Origin: Syncephalis fuscata S228
Lineage: Eukaryota; Fungi; Zoopagomycota
Assembly: GCA_025786725.1 (NCBI GenBank)
Contig: JAHLTZ010000012.1
Location: 558,001 to 622,000, forward strand
Direction: 5' to 3'
DNA length: 64,000 bases
Shown: in pieces, positions 1 to 13,277 of the stretch
Layout: each line of letters begins with the position of its first letter
Position numbering within the stretch: the first letter of the stretch is position 1
The notes under the pieces: generated by a model
Databases searched by the model: none
What the model saw: the letters and a program-made list of their open reading frames with translations, nothing else
Told to the model about the DNA's origin: nothing
Position numbers and translations under genes: made by a program

Positions 1-49
1 TTAATACTGATGTGCATGTTCCGTGGTAATAAGTAGTTGTGGTATTAAA

Positions 50-560
50 TGACTTGACTTTTTAATTCACTCATATTAATAACACAACATACAATCTACG
101 TCATCACACCTTTCTTTTTCTTTCTTCACACTTAGAACATATATCCATTGTATATACTTGTACATTCCATATATATATACTAATTAGATAGTGTTATTAA
201 TTGACTGACTACTAGTTGAGTATAAGTACCTTCTATGTCACTCTCTTGTGTTGCTCTTCTTTAATCTAACCTTTTTTTACAAATTATTTTTATCACTCTG
301 ATCATGGGTATTGGCACCTTCATTGACACAATAAATACATCTTTGGCTTTGATTTATGCTATTTAAATGTGTGTTGTAAAAATCCCGTTGCATACTTTGT
401 TTTTTCTATGAACTATTACAGATCTATAGCAAATCAAAGCATACAGTGACTTTGGCAACCTATAGCCACTACAGTCATCATGTACAGCTGTTGCACGCAT
501 ACTTCGGCAATAATAGCAAGTCGTATTATTACTATAATCGCGAGCAAGCCTTTAACGACA
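50..560 (+). repeat. Dispersed repeat family, copy 1 (diverged; ends approximate)
   Basis: Shares CAATCTACGTCA, the CT-rich CTTTCTTTTCTTTCTTCACAC, TTGACTGACTACTAGTTGAG and GCATACA..TTTGGCA..TATAGCCAC..TCATGTACAGCTG with copies at about 44.7, 52.9 (inverted) and 62.1 kb. Confidence 0.8.
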
Positions 561-1500
561 ATACAGCAATATCTGCTACTATGGCTACTACTATATGTGC
601 ATAGTTGCTAGCATGATACTTGTTTTAGGCATATGCACTGTTACTTCTTTATTAATAATCTTTTTGCTCCATTATATCACTAAACAATTTGATTTATCAA
701 CATCTTCCTGGCGAGTAACTAGTTTTTACTAAACAATGTTACATCAACAGCTTGATTATTGTAATGCTTTTCTAAACTGACAATGTAGTCGGTGCCAGTA
801 TTCAAGACTAGCCATTAACTGTGCAGTCTCTGGTTGTATACATAAATTCTATTAGCTTACATTTAAATGCGCGCTATTTTTTAATATCTTTAGACAAGTA
901 TTGTACATTTTATTAAGTCTAATATTTATTTTACAGATAACTATAGATATTATTAGTATCAACTATTTAGCAATAACACAGATATATAATACTAGATTGT
1001 TATCTACATAACTGAAACTGCCACACAATAAGCCTTTTCTTTTTTTACTTCAAACTATCTGTCTTTTGCTCAGATAACGCTTTTACAAATATGTTACTTT
1101 ATAATTTAAAAACAAAATATTAGTATCATTGTTAATATTTATAATGCTATGCTTTATATAATAAATTTATATGTACAAACCTTAAAGCGTAATTATTAAT
1201 TGGTAAATGTGTTTAGTAATAACTATTGAATATTTTTACTATTAAAAACTTTTCTGCCAAAAATTGTCTATTGATTGTATTGGTGATTTACTTCTCCTTT
1301 ACTATTTTTTGTCCTGAATCTATTCGCGTGTGTGAATGTAAGTAGCTAAAAGCACAGCTTACGTATTGAAACAACCATTGATGTAAACTGTGGTTTATCT
1401 TGTTGTTCAGAGGTGCGTCGTGTTTTGCACTTTATATTGCTGCCGTTGTTGTTACGATTGTAAAGTGCTCTATTGACAACCACTGCTTCCTCTATCCACC

Positions 1501-4500
1501 ATGGTTGCTACAAAACGCGAACTACCTACACGCGAGGCGTCTCAGTTTAAAGGTCTATTGGTAAGATCTGAAAAATACTTTACGTATAATCGTATATGCA
1601 TACTAATTAATCATGACAGCGCTTCTTTGAACATCGGCAGTACAAGCGAGGACTTAAATCGGCCGAACAGATTTTAAGGAAATTCCCCGAACATGGAGGT
1701 ATGAATCTATACAAGTATAACTACGATAGCCAGTTGGATTAACTGCTTTATACGCAGAAACGCTTGCTATGAAAGGACTTTTCCTTTCAAACCTGGAACG
1801 TAAAGAAGAAGGCTTTGATTTTGTTCGCAAGGGTCTTAAAAACGATCTTACAAGCCATATCTGTATGTTGGTTACTCATTTAGTCAGATCTGCTGATTTA
1901 AATGAAGTTAGAAGTGCGGCTCTAACCATATACATTATTGATCCATCTAGGCTGGCATGTATTTGGTTTATTATACCGTGCCGATAAGAACTATGAAGAA
2001 GCTATCAAATGCTATCGAAATGCTTTGAGATTTGATAAAGTAAAGATTGAACAATATTGATATAGCTATATTTACCAACTATATCGTATTCTAGAACAAC
2101 ATGCAATTCTTCGTGATTTGGCCTTGTTACAAATACAGATGCGCAATTATGAAGGATATGCGGTAGGAATGAATTAAACTTGTAAATAATAACAATAATA
2201 GTAACGCTAATGACTATATCGAACGATAATATATAATATAGGAAACACGCGATTTACTACTTCAGCTTAATACTCATAATCGAATGCTATGGATTGGCTA
2301 TGCCGTTTCTCTACATCTCCTCGGCGACTATGACCTGGCCATTAATGTATTGCGGGCGTATGAAGATAGTATGAAGGTAGGCTGGCTAATTGAACCAATA
2401 ACGGCAATAATATAGTATTAACATATTGTGTCTTTTTGCAAGATACCACCTCCTAACAAAGACTATAACCATAGCGAGCTATTACTTTATCGTAATATGA
2501 TTATTGAAGAAAGTGGCGATTTGGAAGGAGCTCTTAAAGATCTGGACACTATTCAATCTCGTGTTTGTGATGTTGTTCTTGTATTAGAAAAACGAGGTAT
2601 GGTTAATCAATTAATTTAAACATGTAACGTATAATAACCATTATTTTAGCGAGTATTCTAAAGAAGCTGAACCGAACTGACGAGGCCCGGTCCATGTATC
2701 GAAAATTGATCCGTGAAAATCCCGATCATCGTGGCTACATTGAAGGCTATCTTGCTTGTCGTGGTATTTCTTTAGGTAAATAGTCGATTAGTATTTACAT
2801 ATTAATTTAACACATATCCAATATAGATGCAGTAAATGACGATGAAAAGCTACGTAATGTTGTGGAAATATTTGATGATTTGATCGATAGTTATCCACGT
2901 TCAAATTTATTAAAACGTCTACCGCTCAATTATTTGCATGGTATGTTACCATGTCTAATTATAACATAGACATTAACACAGCTAATTAGGTGATGATTTC
3001 AAACAAAGAATTGATGTTTACTTCAAGGCCATGCTACGAAAGGGTGTTCCATCACTATTTGCTAATATTAAAGCACTCTACACGGATGTAAAGCGGGTGG
3101 ATATTATTCAAACATTGATGCTCGATTATCAACAGCAACTACATAAAACTGGAACATTTGATGGTAAGTAGTATATTGACTGTTTAAATAGTATACCTAC
3201 CATTATTGTATTATTATTGTTATTGAATAACTAGGCAACTCAGCCAAAGAGTCACCAACCACCTATTTATGGACACTATTTTATTTGGCACAGCATTTTG
3301 ACAAGTTAGGCAATCATGCGCGTGCCCTTGAGCTTATAGATGAAGCTATTTGTCACACACCTACGCTTGTTGAATTATACATGGCTAAGGCGCGTATATT
3401 TAAGGTGAGCTATTGTTTAATACCATTCCTGGGCCCTATCTAATATTACCTATTTATATTTATAGCATATTGGTAGTAGCAGTATGGCTGCCCAAACGAT
3501 GGTTGAAGCGCGTCAACTTGATTTACAAGATCGGTTTGTTAACTCAAAATGCGCCAAATATCTTATGCGCAACAATGAAGTAGATGAAGCGGAAAAAACG
3601 ATAGGCTTATTTACTCGAGTAAGCTACTATATATATAGTATATTTAATATATATAGTATATTAACAACTTAATGGTTATAGCCCGATGTTAAAGATCCAG
3701 TCAAGGATTTGATTGATATGCAGTGCTTATGGTATGAATTGGAAGCAGCACGTAGCTATGTACATCAAAAGAAACTAGGTCGCTCGTTAAAGCTATTTAG
3801 TCAGATTGGCAAGGTATTTAACTTGATATAAATGCGCCATAGCATACTAATTAACTATTAATCAGCATTTCGATGACTATTCGGATGATCAATTTGACTT
3901 TCATACTTATTGTTTAAGAAAAACAACAATTCAATCGTATATGCGGTAATGAATATATTTTAATGAATTAAACAAATAGAATCTTATATGAAAATATATA
4001 ATTAGGCTACTTAAGTTTGAAGATTCGCTTTATGCCTATCCAATCTACGTAGAGGCTGCCGAGTCTTCTATCAAGGTAGTTCATGCACTATAAATACTGA
4101 TTAATACTTATAATTATGACAGTGCTATCTGCAATTATTTGATCATCCAGAATTGGCCAATACTTCGTCGACCGGTGCTAGTGCCACTTCTGGTGCTGCT
4201 ACAAGCAATGCTGATAATTTAGCTTTGGTCGATACATGTAAGTGTAGTTATATATTATAGTAAAGTAGCTATATATTAATGGATATTTAGCCAAGATGTC
4301 ACCGTCTGAATTGAAGAAGCACATGAGCAAATTACGTAAACAAGAGGCAAAGAATAAAGAGCAGCAACAGCAATTAAAGGAACAAAATGCTGGTAAGACC
4401 ACATGACACACACCTATAAACTAGCTAGTAATACTAACTATGAATATTATTATGTTATTATTAGCCAATGGATCTACAACAGATGGTGCCAAAAAGACTA

Positions 4501-5440
4501 CTAATACTGCCACAGAAGATGATAAAGAAGGTCTGGTTTATTTGAATGTAAGTATTAATAAATAAATAAATAAATATTTGGTTATTTATTACTTATTTTA
4601 ACTATTTAATTAGGACAAGGATCCATTAGTTGCTGCAACCAAATGGCTTACTGTACTACAAGAACATTGTTCTACTCGTATTTCTACTCATCTACTTGGA
4701 TTTGAAGTGGCTATTCGAAAGAGTAAGCATAGATTATATTATTACCAATATTTACAAGTGTTAATGAATATTTAGAGAAACCACTATTGGCATTGGCCAG
4801 TCTTAACAGGGCCATGGCTATTGAAGCAGATCATCCAGATTATGCAATGCAGATTGTTAAATTACATCAAGGTATTAATATATATAGTATTAATTTGTTA
4901 TTACTCTAACTTATATACACATATGCTTATATATGTATATATTTATCATTAGCACAATTGAATAGTACATTGCCTCAAGAGGGTAAAGCCATTTTGGAAA
5001 CTTCTCTTAATGAACTTCTTAATGGCATAACACCGGCTAAATTTGCTCAAAGTAGCTTTGAACGTCATTGCAAAATACCATCCTATCTTATCGCCAGTAT
5101 GTAACTACAAGGTTAATTCCATATAACGTGTATTGCTAATACGTGTGCTATCTAGATGCAGTGGCATGCCGTAATGCCGGTGTAAAGAATACGGATGATT
5201 TAGTCAAAAATGCTATTCAGGAACACGGTAAAACTTGGTCACTTAAAGTAAGTCATAATGATAACAATAAATAAATAACCAACTAATTAGCTATATCAAT
5301 TCTAATAGGATATTCATAATATTGAGAGTGACATTGTCAATTATTGGTTTAGCACTGAAACACTAAACGATCAATTGGCACAATTAAAAAAGGACCAATA
5401 TCCACAAACAGTGATGAGCGCAACTATTCCTAGTGCTTAA
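1501..5440 (+). CDS. NAT1: NatA N-terminal acetyltransferase auxiliary subunit (TPR), multi-exon
   Basis: ATG at 1501 gives [20 protein letters not shown]. Exons encode [67 protein letters not shown] and [13 protein letters not shown], all NAA15/Nat1 motifs. Many GT-AG introns. TAA at 5438-5440. Confidence 0.93.
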
Positions 5441-5624
5441 TCTATAGCGATTGAAAATGGTGACAAAACATTCTATAAATAAATAAATCAATGGATGATT
5501 TGTAGGAGTAAAACTATCGTTTGTCGTAACACAAATAAAAGATTGACGTGTATTTAATATTTTCCATTTAAATTATAATTCAATTATCTTCGCGCCTTTT
5601 TTCTTCTTTACCACCATAGCCACC

Positions 5625-8600
5625 ATGACTCTTTCACAAGTGAGCGGTCAACAGCTTACCTTTAACGCGCCATTACTGAAAGGTAATCGGCTTGTAGCTC
5701 TTAATGATCTATTAAAGCGTCTAAAGGTAAATAGACCGTAGGACAAAGCCTTAAATAACTCTAACGCGTCTATTTTGTTGAAATAGCAATTACACGGTGA
5801 ATTGGCCGACCTTGAACAAGAAGTAGTGGATATCGACTCTTTATCCAGTGTTACGAATGAGATTCTAAGTCCCTTGCTCTTTAATCACAAGGACCGTGGT
5901 GTGCGTGCCTATACAGCATGTTGTATAGCCGATTTATTACGGCTTTACGCACCAGATGCACCTTATGTTGAACAGGAATTAAAAGTAAGTTAGAACACTA
6001 ATATATTCACTATATATATAATAATAATAATAATATACTTTCTAGGAGGTTTTTACGCTATTTTATAAACAGCTTGAGTATTTGGACGACACACAATCTG
6101 GTTATCATGATCTTTATCTTTATCTACTTGAAAGTTTAGCCACCGTCAAGAGTATTGCTATTGTTGTAGAACTACAAGACTGTGATGATATCATTGTCAA
6201 ATTCTTTACAGGTTTCTTTAAAGTTATAAAGTAAGTAATAGTTATAATAATTGATTATATACAAACTATGTCGTATTAATTAATAATTAGAGCTGATACA
6301 CCTCAAACAGTCCGTATGTGCATGGTTGACATCCTTGGTCAATTGATTGAGGAGAGTAGTTATCTACCACAAGATGCAGTTGATACTATTCTCAGTCATT
6401 TTCTTAATAATACACGGGCCAATAATCCACCAGCATATCAAATGGCCAGTGAGCTGTGCAATAATAATGTTGATCGACTACAACGATACGCCTGTCAGGT
6501 AAATGACAGCAATAACAATAACTATTGTATTGAATATGGTATTAATACTCAAATAGTATTTTACCGATGTTTTACTAGCCTCAAACAAGACGGATACTTT
6601 GACGGAAACCACCAAAAAAGAAATTAAAAGTGCACATCAATTGATTGTTGAATTGCATCGAGTTGCACCTGGATTATTGTTAAATGTTATACCACAATTG
6701 GAAGAGGAATTAAGTGTAAGTTAAATAGGGTATATAGATATAGATATAGATATATATAGATATATATACTACAGTATATTTACTTGAATACCATTAGTTA
6801 TCTAATACGTATCTACGTATGTTGGCCACTTCATCTCTTGGAGAACTGTTTTCAGGACGGCAATCATCACTTGTTGAGGCTTATCCATCTACTTGGAAGG
6901 CTTGGTTATCGCGTAAAAATGATAAATCTACTATGGTGCGCACTGCATGGACAGAATATTTAACAAGATTATATACAAATCATCCAGAGTTGGCTATTGA
7001 TTTAAATGGTATGATAATTATTTTAGATGTATAATATATTTATTTATATATATATACTGTTTATTGTTACTTGCTAGAATCGGCTCTGGCTAAGCTAGTT
7101 GATCCAGAGGAAAAAGTACGAGCTGTTGCTTGTCAAGCCTTGGGTACATTAGAGGCAGATGTTATTCTACAATATGTCGATACTGCAGTACTGGAACAGC
7201 TAGGTCATAGATGTAGAGACAAAAAGGTAAACCAGTTACATAGTATATAAATGGTACTTCTTTTATTTACACCGATCTAATAGATTGCCCCAAGAGTGGA
7301 GGCATTAAAGGCACTTGGTCGAATGTATAAATTGACCTATAATCGAAGGTACATAATTTAATCTATTCATTGTCCAGCTATACTTGCTACTTATTATTGA
7401 TCAATAGAGATGACCATCGAGTTAAAGAAAAGATGACATGGATTCCTAAAGAATTTCTTAATATTCTCTATTCTAATGACAATGAAATGATGTAAGTAAT
7501 CATCTGTTTGATTACATGAATCGCCAAATTGTACTAATGTATAATATAGTGCCACTATGGAAGCATTCTTTATGCGAGATATTGTTTCCCTTGAAGGAAG
7601 TGCCGAGGAACGAGCATGCCGACTTATATATGTCACTAGTGGACTGGATTCAAAGGCCCAAAAGGCGCTATTATCGCTATTACAGCGAAAAGCAGCGTAA
7701 GTACTTTACCAGAGTTGTAATAACAAAGTAACTCATTAATACGATAGAACGATTAAAGAAATGCAGTTATTTATTGATTACTGTAAATGCTGTAATGTAC
7801 GATATAATAACATAATGACAACAATAGTATATGTTAATTATAATGTATTTAGACACAAAATAATGAAATGGATTCACCAGATAAGGATTCAGTTATTTCT
7901 AATCTAAGTAGTAAGTATGATTGGTATGATTAGCCATTGATAGATTTATTAACTTTATGAATTTAGATCGACTTCCCGAATCAATGACTGCTGTAGATAG
8001 TTTAAACAAGTTTAGTCAATTAAATGACGAACGAGCCATGACAGCTCTTGAAGCGTGTATGGATCCAAGCTTGTCATTTGAGGCCATTCAACGCCATAAG
8101 GTAAGTTAATAGATAAATAGCAGATAATAGACTTTATTAAACTTGCTATAGCGAGATTCACGTAAACGTATTGAACATGCGTCTTCAGATATGTCCGATA
8201 CATTTACTTTATTGATTCGGCGTATAAGCTATGATATAGTCCATTATTCAATTATTCCTATTATTATTCAACAAAGTGTGGAAATCGATGAAGTTGGTCA
8301 AGATACTGCAATGAGTAAAGCAGCTCGTTGTTTACTTCAAGTAAGATGATTAAATATACGAAAAGCTATCTGTTGCTTAATACAATTATCGTTAATAGAT
8401 GATAGCTCAAGTATTCCGTTTTTACTAAAAGATTGTATTCAAGATATTATTCAATTTACAACATCGATCCATGATCATACAAGTAAGTAGAATGAGTAGA
8501 TAAAGTGTCAATATACTTATATACGTGTATAACAACAATAGCCTTGGATGGACTCGACATATTGGCAGCATGCAGTTCTGTATATCCAGAGATGATTCCA

Positions 8601-10849
8601 TTGGAACAGTAAGTGACGGTTTTTATTTATATAACTCATTATCTCATTAAGACTAGGTCAACTATGGAATATTTATTAAACAAGTGTCGCTTTGGCACAG
8701 TAAAAGAAGCAAAAAAGAGTGCTATTTTATTAGCACATTCATTTAATGAATTTGCTACTGCTGCCCGACAAACGTTCATTGAGGCAAGTAGAGTTGTATT
8801 AACTATTAAACATGTAAAATAACAATGATACATAATAGGAAATACATACACTTGATCCAGAAAACAGTGAAGCATTACTGCCTAGACTATCTGCCTTAAG
8901 AACACTGGCTCTTTATTTGCCAGAACAATTTGCATCAAGTAGTCAAGTATTGGTTAGATTCATTGTAAAAGAGATTATAATGAAAGATAACGTACAGCAT
9001 AAGGTTAGAGGGTGTTGTAAACATTACAGCATGTTTAATATGGGTATTTAGATTACCACTGGCGAAACAGAAGATTGGATTGAATTTGACGATCTAAGCA
9101 TTACAACACAGTGCAAAGTATGTTTATTTAACAAATTGGATAAATATACTAACTAATATTAATTATATTAGATACTGGGAATGAAGGTACTTGTTAATCG
9201 ACTATGTGGTTTAGTGGAAGATGAAACGGCCGAAGATTTAGTTCAGCCTGTACTGCGACTCTTATTCTCAGTCTTGTCAAAAGAGGATAGACAAGAAGGC
9301 GAAGAAGAAGAAGAAGAAAAAGAAGAAGAGGCGACGACAAAGGTTGTTATGGCAGCGTAAGCTACTTAATTTATAATATATAGTGTAGATGTATCTAATA
9401 ATTAATTTATAGAGCCATTCATCGATCATGGATTCGATTAACTGCCGGAAAACTTTTATTAAGATTGTGTCGACATAGCAAGTATGATGCTATGATATTG
9501 AATAACGAGTTCCGTCAACTGGCATTGGTACTTGAGGTATATTCATATTAGTAATGATGCTATAGTACTAGTCTAATAAGTGTACCCATAGGACCATTCA
9601 CCCTATGTCCGAGAAGGTATGGCCGAGAAGCTGCTTAAATATCTTCGTGGTCGATTATTGCACGTTCGATTCATGTCGGTCTTGTTACTTTTGGCCCATG
9701 AACCAGAACGAACGCTTCGTCAACAGGTAAATGATCATTATACAGCTATTGTAGAACAATGATTAAATATACAAGTAGGCTAAGACATATCTTCGTCAGC
9801 AACTAGTTCTGGTTTCTACCAGTAAGTATCGCTAGCCATAAAGCCATAGTAACTGCTAGATTAATACATAAATATATCTACATTAATATTTAGCATCGTC
9901 GGGAAAGCCTTCCTTATTTGAAATGTCGATTACTCGTTTAATACATTTACTGGCTCATCATCCTGACTTTTCATTAGATACAGAAACGTTAAATCATTTT
10001 AGCAAGTAAGTGGAGTATAATTGGTATAAAATAAGCATTATTATCGATATTAATTGGCTATTTATAGATATTTGAATTTCTTTATTGAATGCTGTGTCTC
10101 TGCCGTCAATATTTCATTTGTATTCCATATTGTTACACGTCTCAAGACAGTATGTGATATCGAACCAATGAATGATCAAAGCGAAGTAAGTTGTAAAATG
10201 GCATCTGTGTAATATTTAGTATTAATTATATAACAACTATTTATTAGAATATATATGTTTTAAGTGATTTGGCCCAATTGATCATCCATGAGCGGTGTAC
10301 ATCTCATCAATGGGTACTTACCACATATCCTGCTTCGATATCATTGCCTCGTGATCTATTCCGTCGACTTTCAACATCGACCATTGCTGAGGTAATATAG
10401 ATTAGAGTTATTTGATTTGATTTGATTATTAATAATAATATTTGAATTAGACACTGCGTAAGAATTATCTTCCTAGTGACTATCTTTCATCAAGAAAGAT
10501 ACAGCATCGCAATGTGATGTCAACAAAACGAACTGCCATTGAACAGTTTGTCAATCAAGTAAGATACTGTAAATACTGTAGATATTGTTTCTAACTTATA
10601 CTTTTTATCTAAGCGTGATACAAATGGGTCTCACGTACGAAGTGGAAAGATTGCCGAGAAACGACGCCGTACTATTACTGAAGATCCAACAACACCAGTA
10701 AGACGGTAAGTAGCAGCGTAGTAATGATATAGCATGCTAAATACTAATGAATGTATTAAAGAAATGCACCACGAGCTGCACGGGCCAATAGCAAAGTCAT
10801 TATTGACAATACACTTATGGATGAAAATATTAACGAAATGTCTTTTTAA
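5625..10849 (+). CDS. PDS5: Cohesin-associated HEAT protein Pds5, multi-exon
   Basis: LLFNHKDRGVRAYTACCIADLLRLYAPDAPY, YLLESLATVKSIAIV, LLLNVIPQLEEEL, LVDPEEKVRAVAC and RLIHLLAHHPDF are Pds5 motifs. The last exon reads ...NINEMSF*. Confidence 0.92.
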
Positions 10850-10888
10850 CACTTTGTTAACAAACACATCCATTTTTATTGCTTTTTA

Positions 10889-11449
10889 TTAAATAAATCC
10901 TAGTCGTTTTAGTATTTTTTCAAAAGCGGTTACAGTTAGGCGATCTTCTTGACCATGGCTAACGTTATTGCTATGACTATCATTTGCCACTTGTAGCATA
11001 TCCTCGATATCACTTTTACTATACTTTTCGCCCAGTTCCACAGATAGTCGTTGTATATCACGATAACTGATATAGCCTTTCTCGTCACAATCGAGCAATC
11101 TAAATAGCCTTTCTACCTCGGGATGGCTACCTGTCACCTCCTATATACAAAAAGAAGAGTGAATAACGAATTATTTCAACCTGCAATCACTATTATTATA
11201 TACCTGTAACGATTCAACTAGTCGATGAAATTCTTCATAGTCAACTACTTGTTTTTTCTGCTGTTCAATCATCTTTAGTCGCTTATTCTTAGGTACATCT
11301 AGTAGAATAAGTGCAGACTCCAGCTCTTTCATGCTTAATAGATTATCTTCATCCTTGTCACATTGTTCAAATATATCCACTATCATAGCATCATCTTCGT
11401 CCTCTTCCTCTTCTTCCTCGGTTTCTTCTATAACTGCTCTTCGCCTCAT
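10889..11449 (-). CDS. EF-hand calcium-binding protein (calmodulin/centrin-like), 2 exons
   Basis: EF loops DKDEDNLLSMKE and DCDEKGYISYRD; ELGEKYSKSDIEDML is centrin-like. One GT-AG intron at about 11143-11202. Confidence 0.8.
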
Positions 11450-11836
11450 TTAGCAAGTTGTTTGTTTTTGTTACAGTGTTGTAATAATATAAAGTTAAAT
11501 AGTGACTTTGCAATAGTGCTAGTCAATAAAAGAAATAGTAGAGCAGCTATAGATAGAATATAAAGGGGAAAGATAAATGATGTAGTATAAGATAGAAAAC
11601 TGAATACAACTATGAATTCAAAATAACACTTTTGCATTACTAATATTGTCTGCCAACTATGGAAGCAAAGTGATGCAAATAACCAAATTTGTTACGACTT
11701 TATTGTTATAGAGTAGTACCACCAATAATGGTGTATATATGAATATACTTTGTTATTTAAGCGATACATAATACTCTATCAATGCTAATCCATAATAATG
11801 AATCAAATATGGTGTAGACTTAGTAATAGTGCTAGC

Positions 11837-12064
11837 TTATTTTTTGCCTTTTAGCTCCGATTTGGCGGGACGATTAATTGAATGGATTGCCGCAAGTTGT
11901 TCAGGAGTAGGTTCGCCATCTTTGCTTTGTCCGTCGAAACTAGTATGCGTATCACGTCTTACAACAAATCCCTGAGAAGTCAATAGCGGTTGTGCATCAA
12001 TCTTGGCCAGACTAGCTATTGATATGGCAATAAAAGCACAAATAGTCGCAGTAAAAAGCTTCAT
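11837..12064 (-). CDS. Small secreted protein/peptide precursor (75 aa)
   Basis: Signal peptide MKLFTATICAFIAISIASLA; single exon; A at -3 of the ATG; TATA-like TATAAATATATA about 100 nt upstream on the minus strand. Confidence 0.65.
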   Translation of the reverse strand: MKLFTATICAFIAISIASLAKIDAQPLLTSQGFVVRRDTHTSFDGQSKDGEPTPEQLAAIHSINRPAKSELKGKK

Positions 12065-12372
12065 GGTAAAAAAGAGCAGTATAAGAATAGTTTGTTGATA
12101 TTAAGTAAAAAGTATATGCTAGACAATTGAATACAAGACTGTGTCAAGTGTACAGATATATATATATTTATATAGACAGAAAGGCAGTGAAAGAAAGAGA
12201 TTGATCAACAAAAAGACTATTTGGTAGTAGAGAGTACAAGTTAAATCACAGTATCATTATCGTCGCATTTTACTTTGTTCACCTTTTTGTTTTTCTTATA
12301 CACACTTTTGTAGTAACTACACTTGTTATTACACTTGTCGTTGTCGTTGTCGTTGCTATTTCCTTGTTGATC

Positions 12373-12832
12373 ATGGCGTCCAATCCTCCGGAAGATACAA
12401 AGTCAAATGCAGTCCGTAGCGAGGACATTGTTGTTGAAAAGGTATATATTTAGACGGTCGGATCCGATAAATAGCGCGATCTAACAAACAAGTCGCGCTT
12501 TTTGTTTACTTTCTTTGTGTCGCTACTATTATTATTATCATAGTGGGATCGCTGTGTGGCTCATACCTTAGTGCAGACTGGTGTTGGCCTTGGTGTAGGC
12601 ATTGTTGCTTCAGTATTATTCTTTAAACGTAAGTTATTTATTAAGATGAGTACTACTAGCTGATAGGTAACTAACGACAAATAATGATATGTTTATAGGT
12701 CGTGCTTGGCCTGTAACGTTGGGTGCTGGCTTCGGTATTGGTACCGCGTATACTGAGTGTCAATCTATCTTCCGTCCACCAGGTGCTTTCTACAAACCAG
12801 TCGATAAATCCAATGAACGTCCTTTGACCTAA
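12373..12832 (+). CDS. MIC10: MICOS complex subunit Mic10, 3 exons (missed by the ORF track)
   Basis: Spliced product MASNPPEDTKSNAVRSEDIVVEK|WDRCVAHTLVQTGVGLGVGIVASVLFFKR|RAWPVTLGAGFGIGTAYTECQ...* has KWDRC, GxGxGxG TM motifs and the FFKRRAWP loop. Confidence 0.92.
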
Positions 12833-13277
12833 TAAACACCTTTTGTTTCTGGTTCTATTTATTTAAATTGTTTATTTAAAATAGTGTTAATTACCCATTT
12901 TAATTATATGCACTGATTGGATAACATTATAATCAATAAATATCTTAGAACACAGTTGTGCGTAGTTATTTATTGTAAAGTGCAAGGTATACCATTCCAT
13001 TGGTGCGGCAATGTGTGTATATGTGTGTGTGTGTTCATATTAGCCGTAGAAATAACAACGGCGATGATGACGATGATGATGACAGTCATTTACGATGGCT
13101 GCCTCTCAATCGTATACCATCCTATACCATGCATGGCTGCCCAATGTGAAACTGTAGACAAGAAAGATACATATGAAAGTGCGACACCAAAGGAGAAAAT
13201 AGTTGTAAGTAATAAACGATCAGGAAACAACGGGAGGGGCAGAAGGGGATGTGAGAATAAGTGTTCCGACGAGCAGG

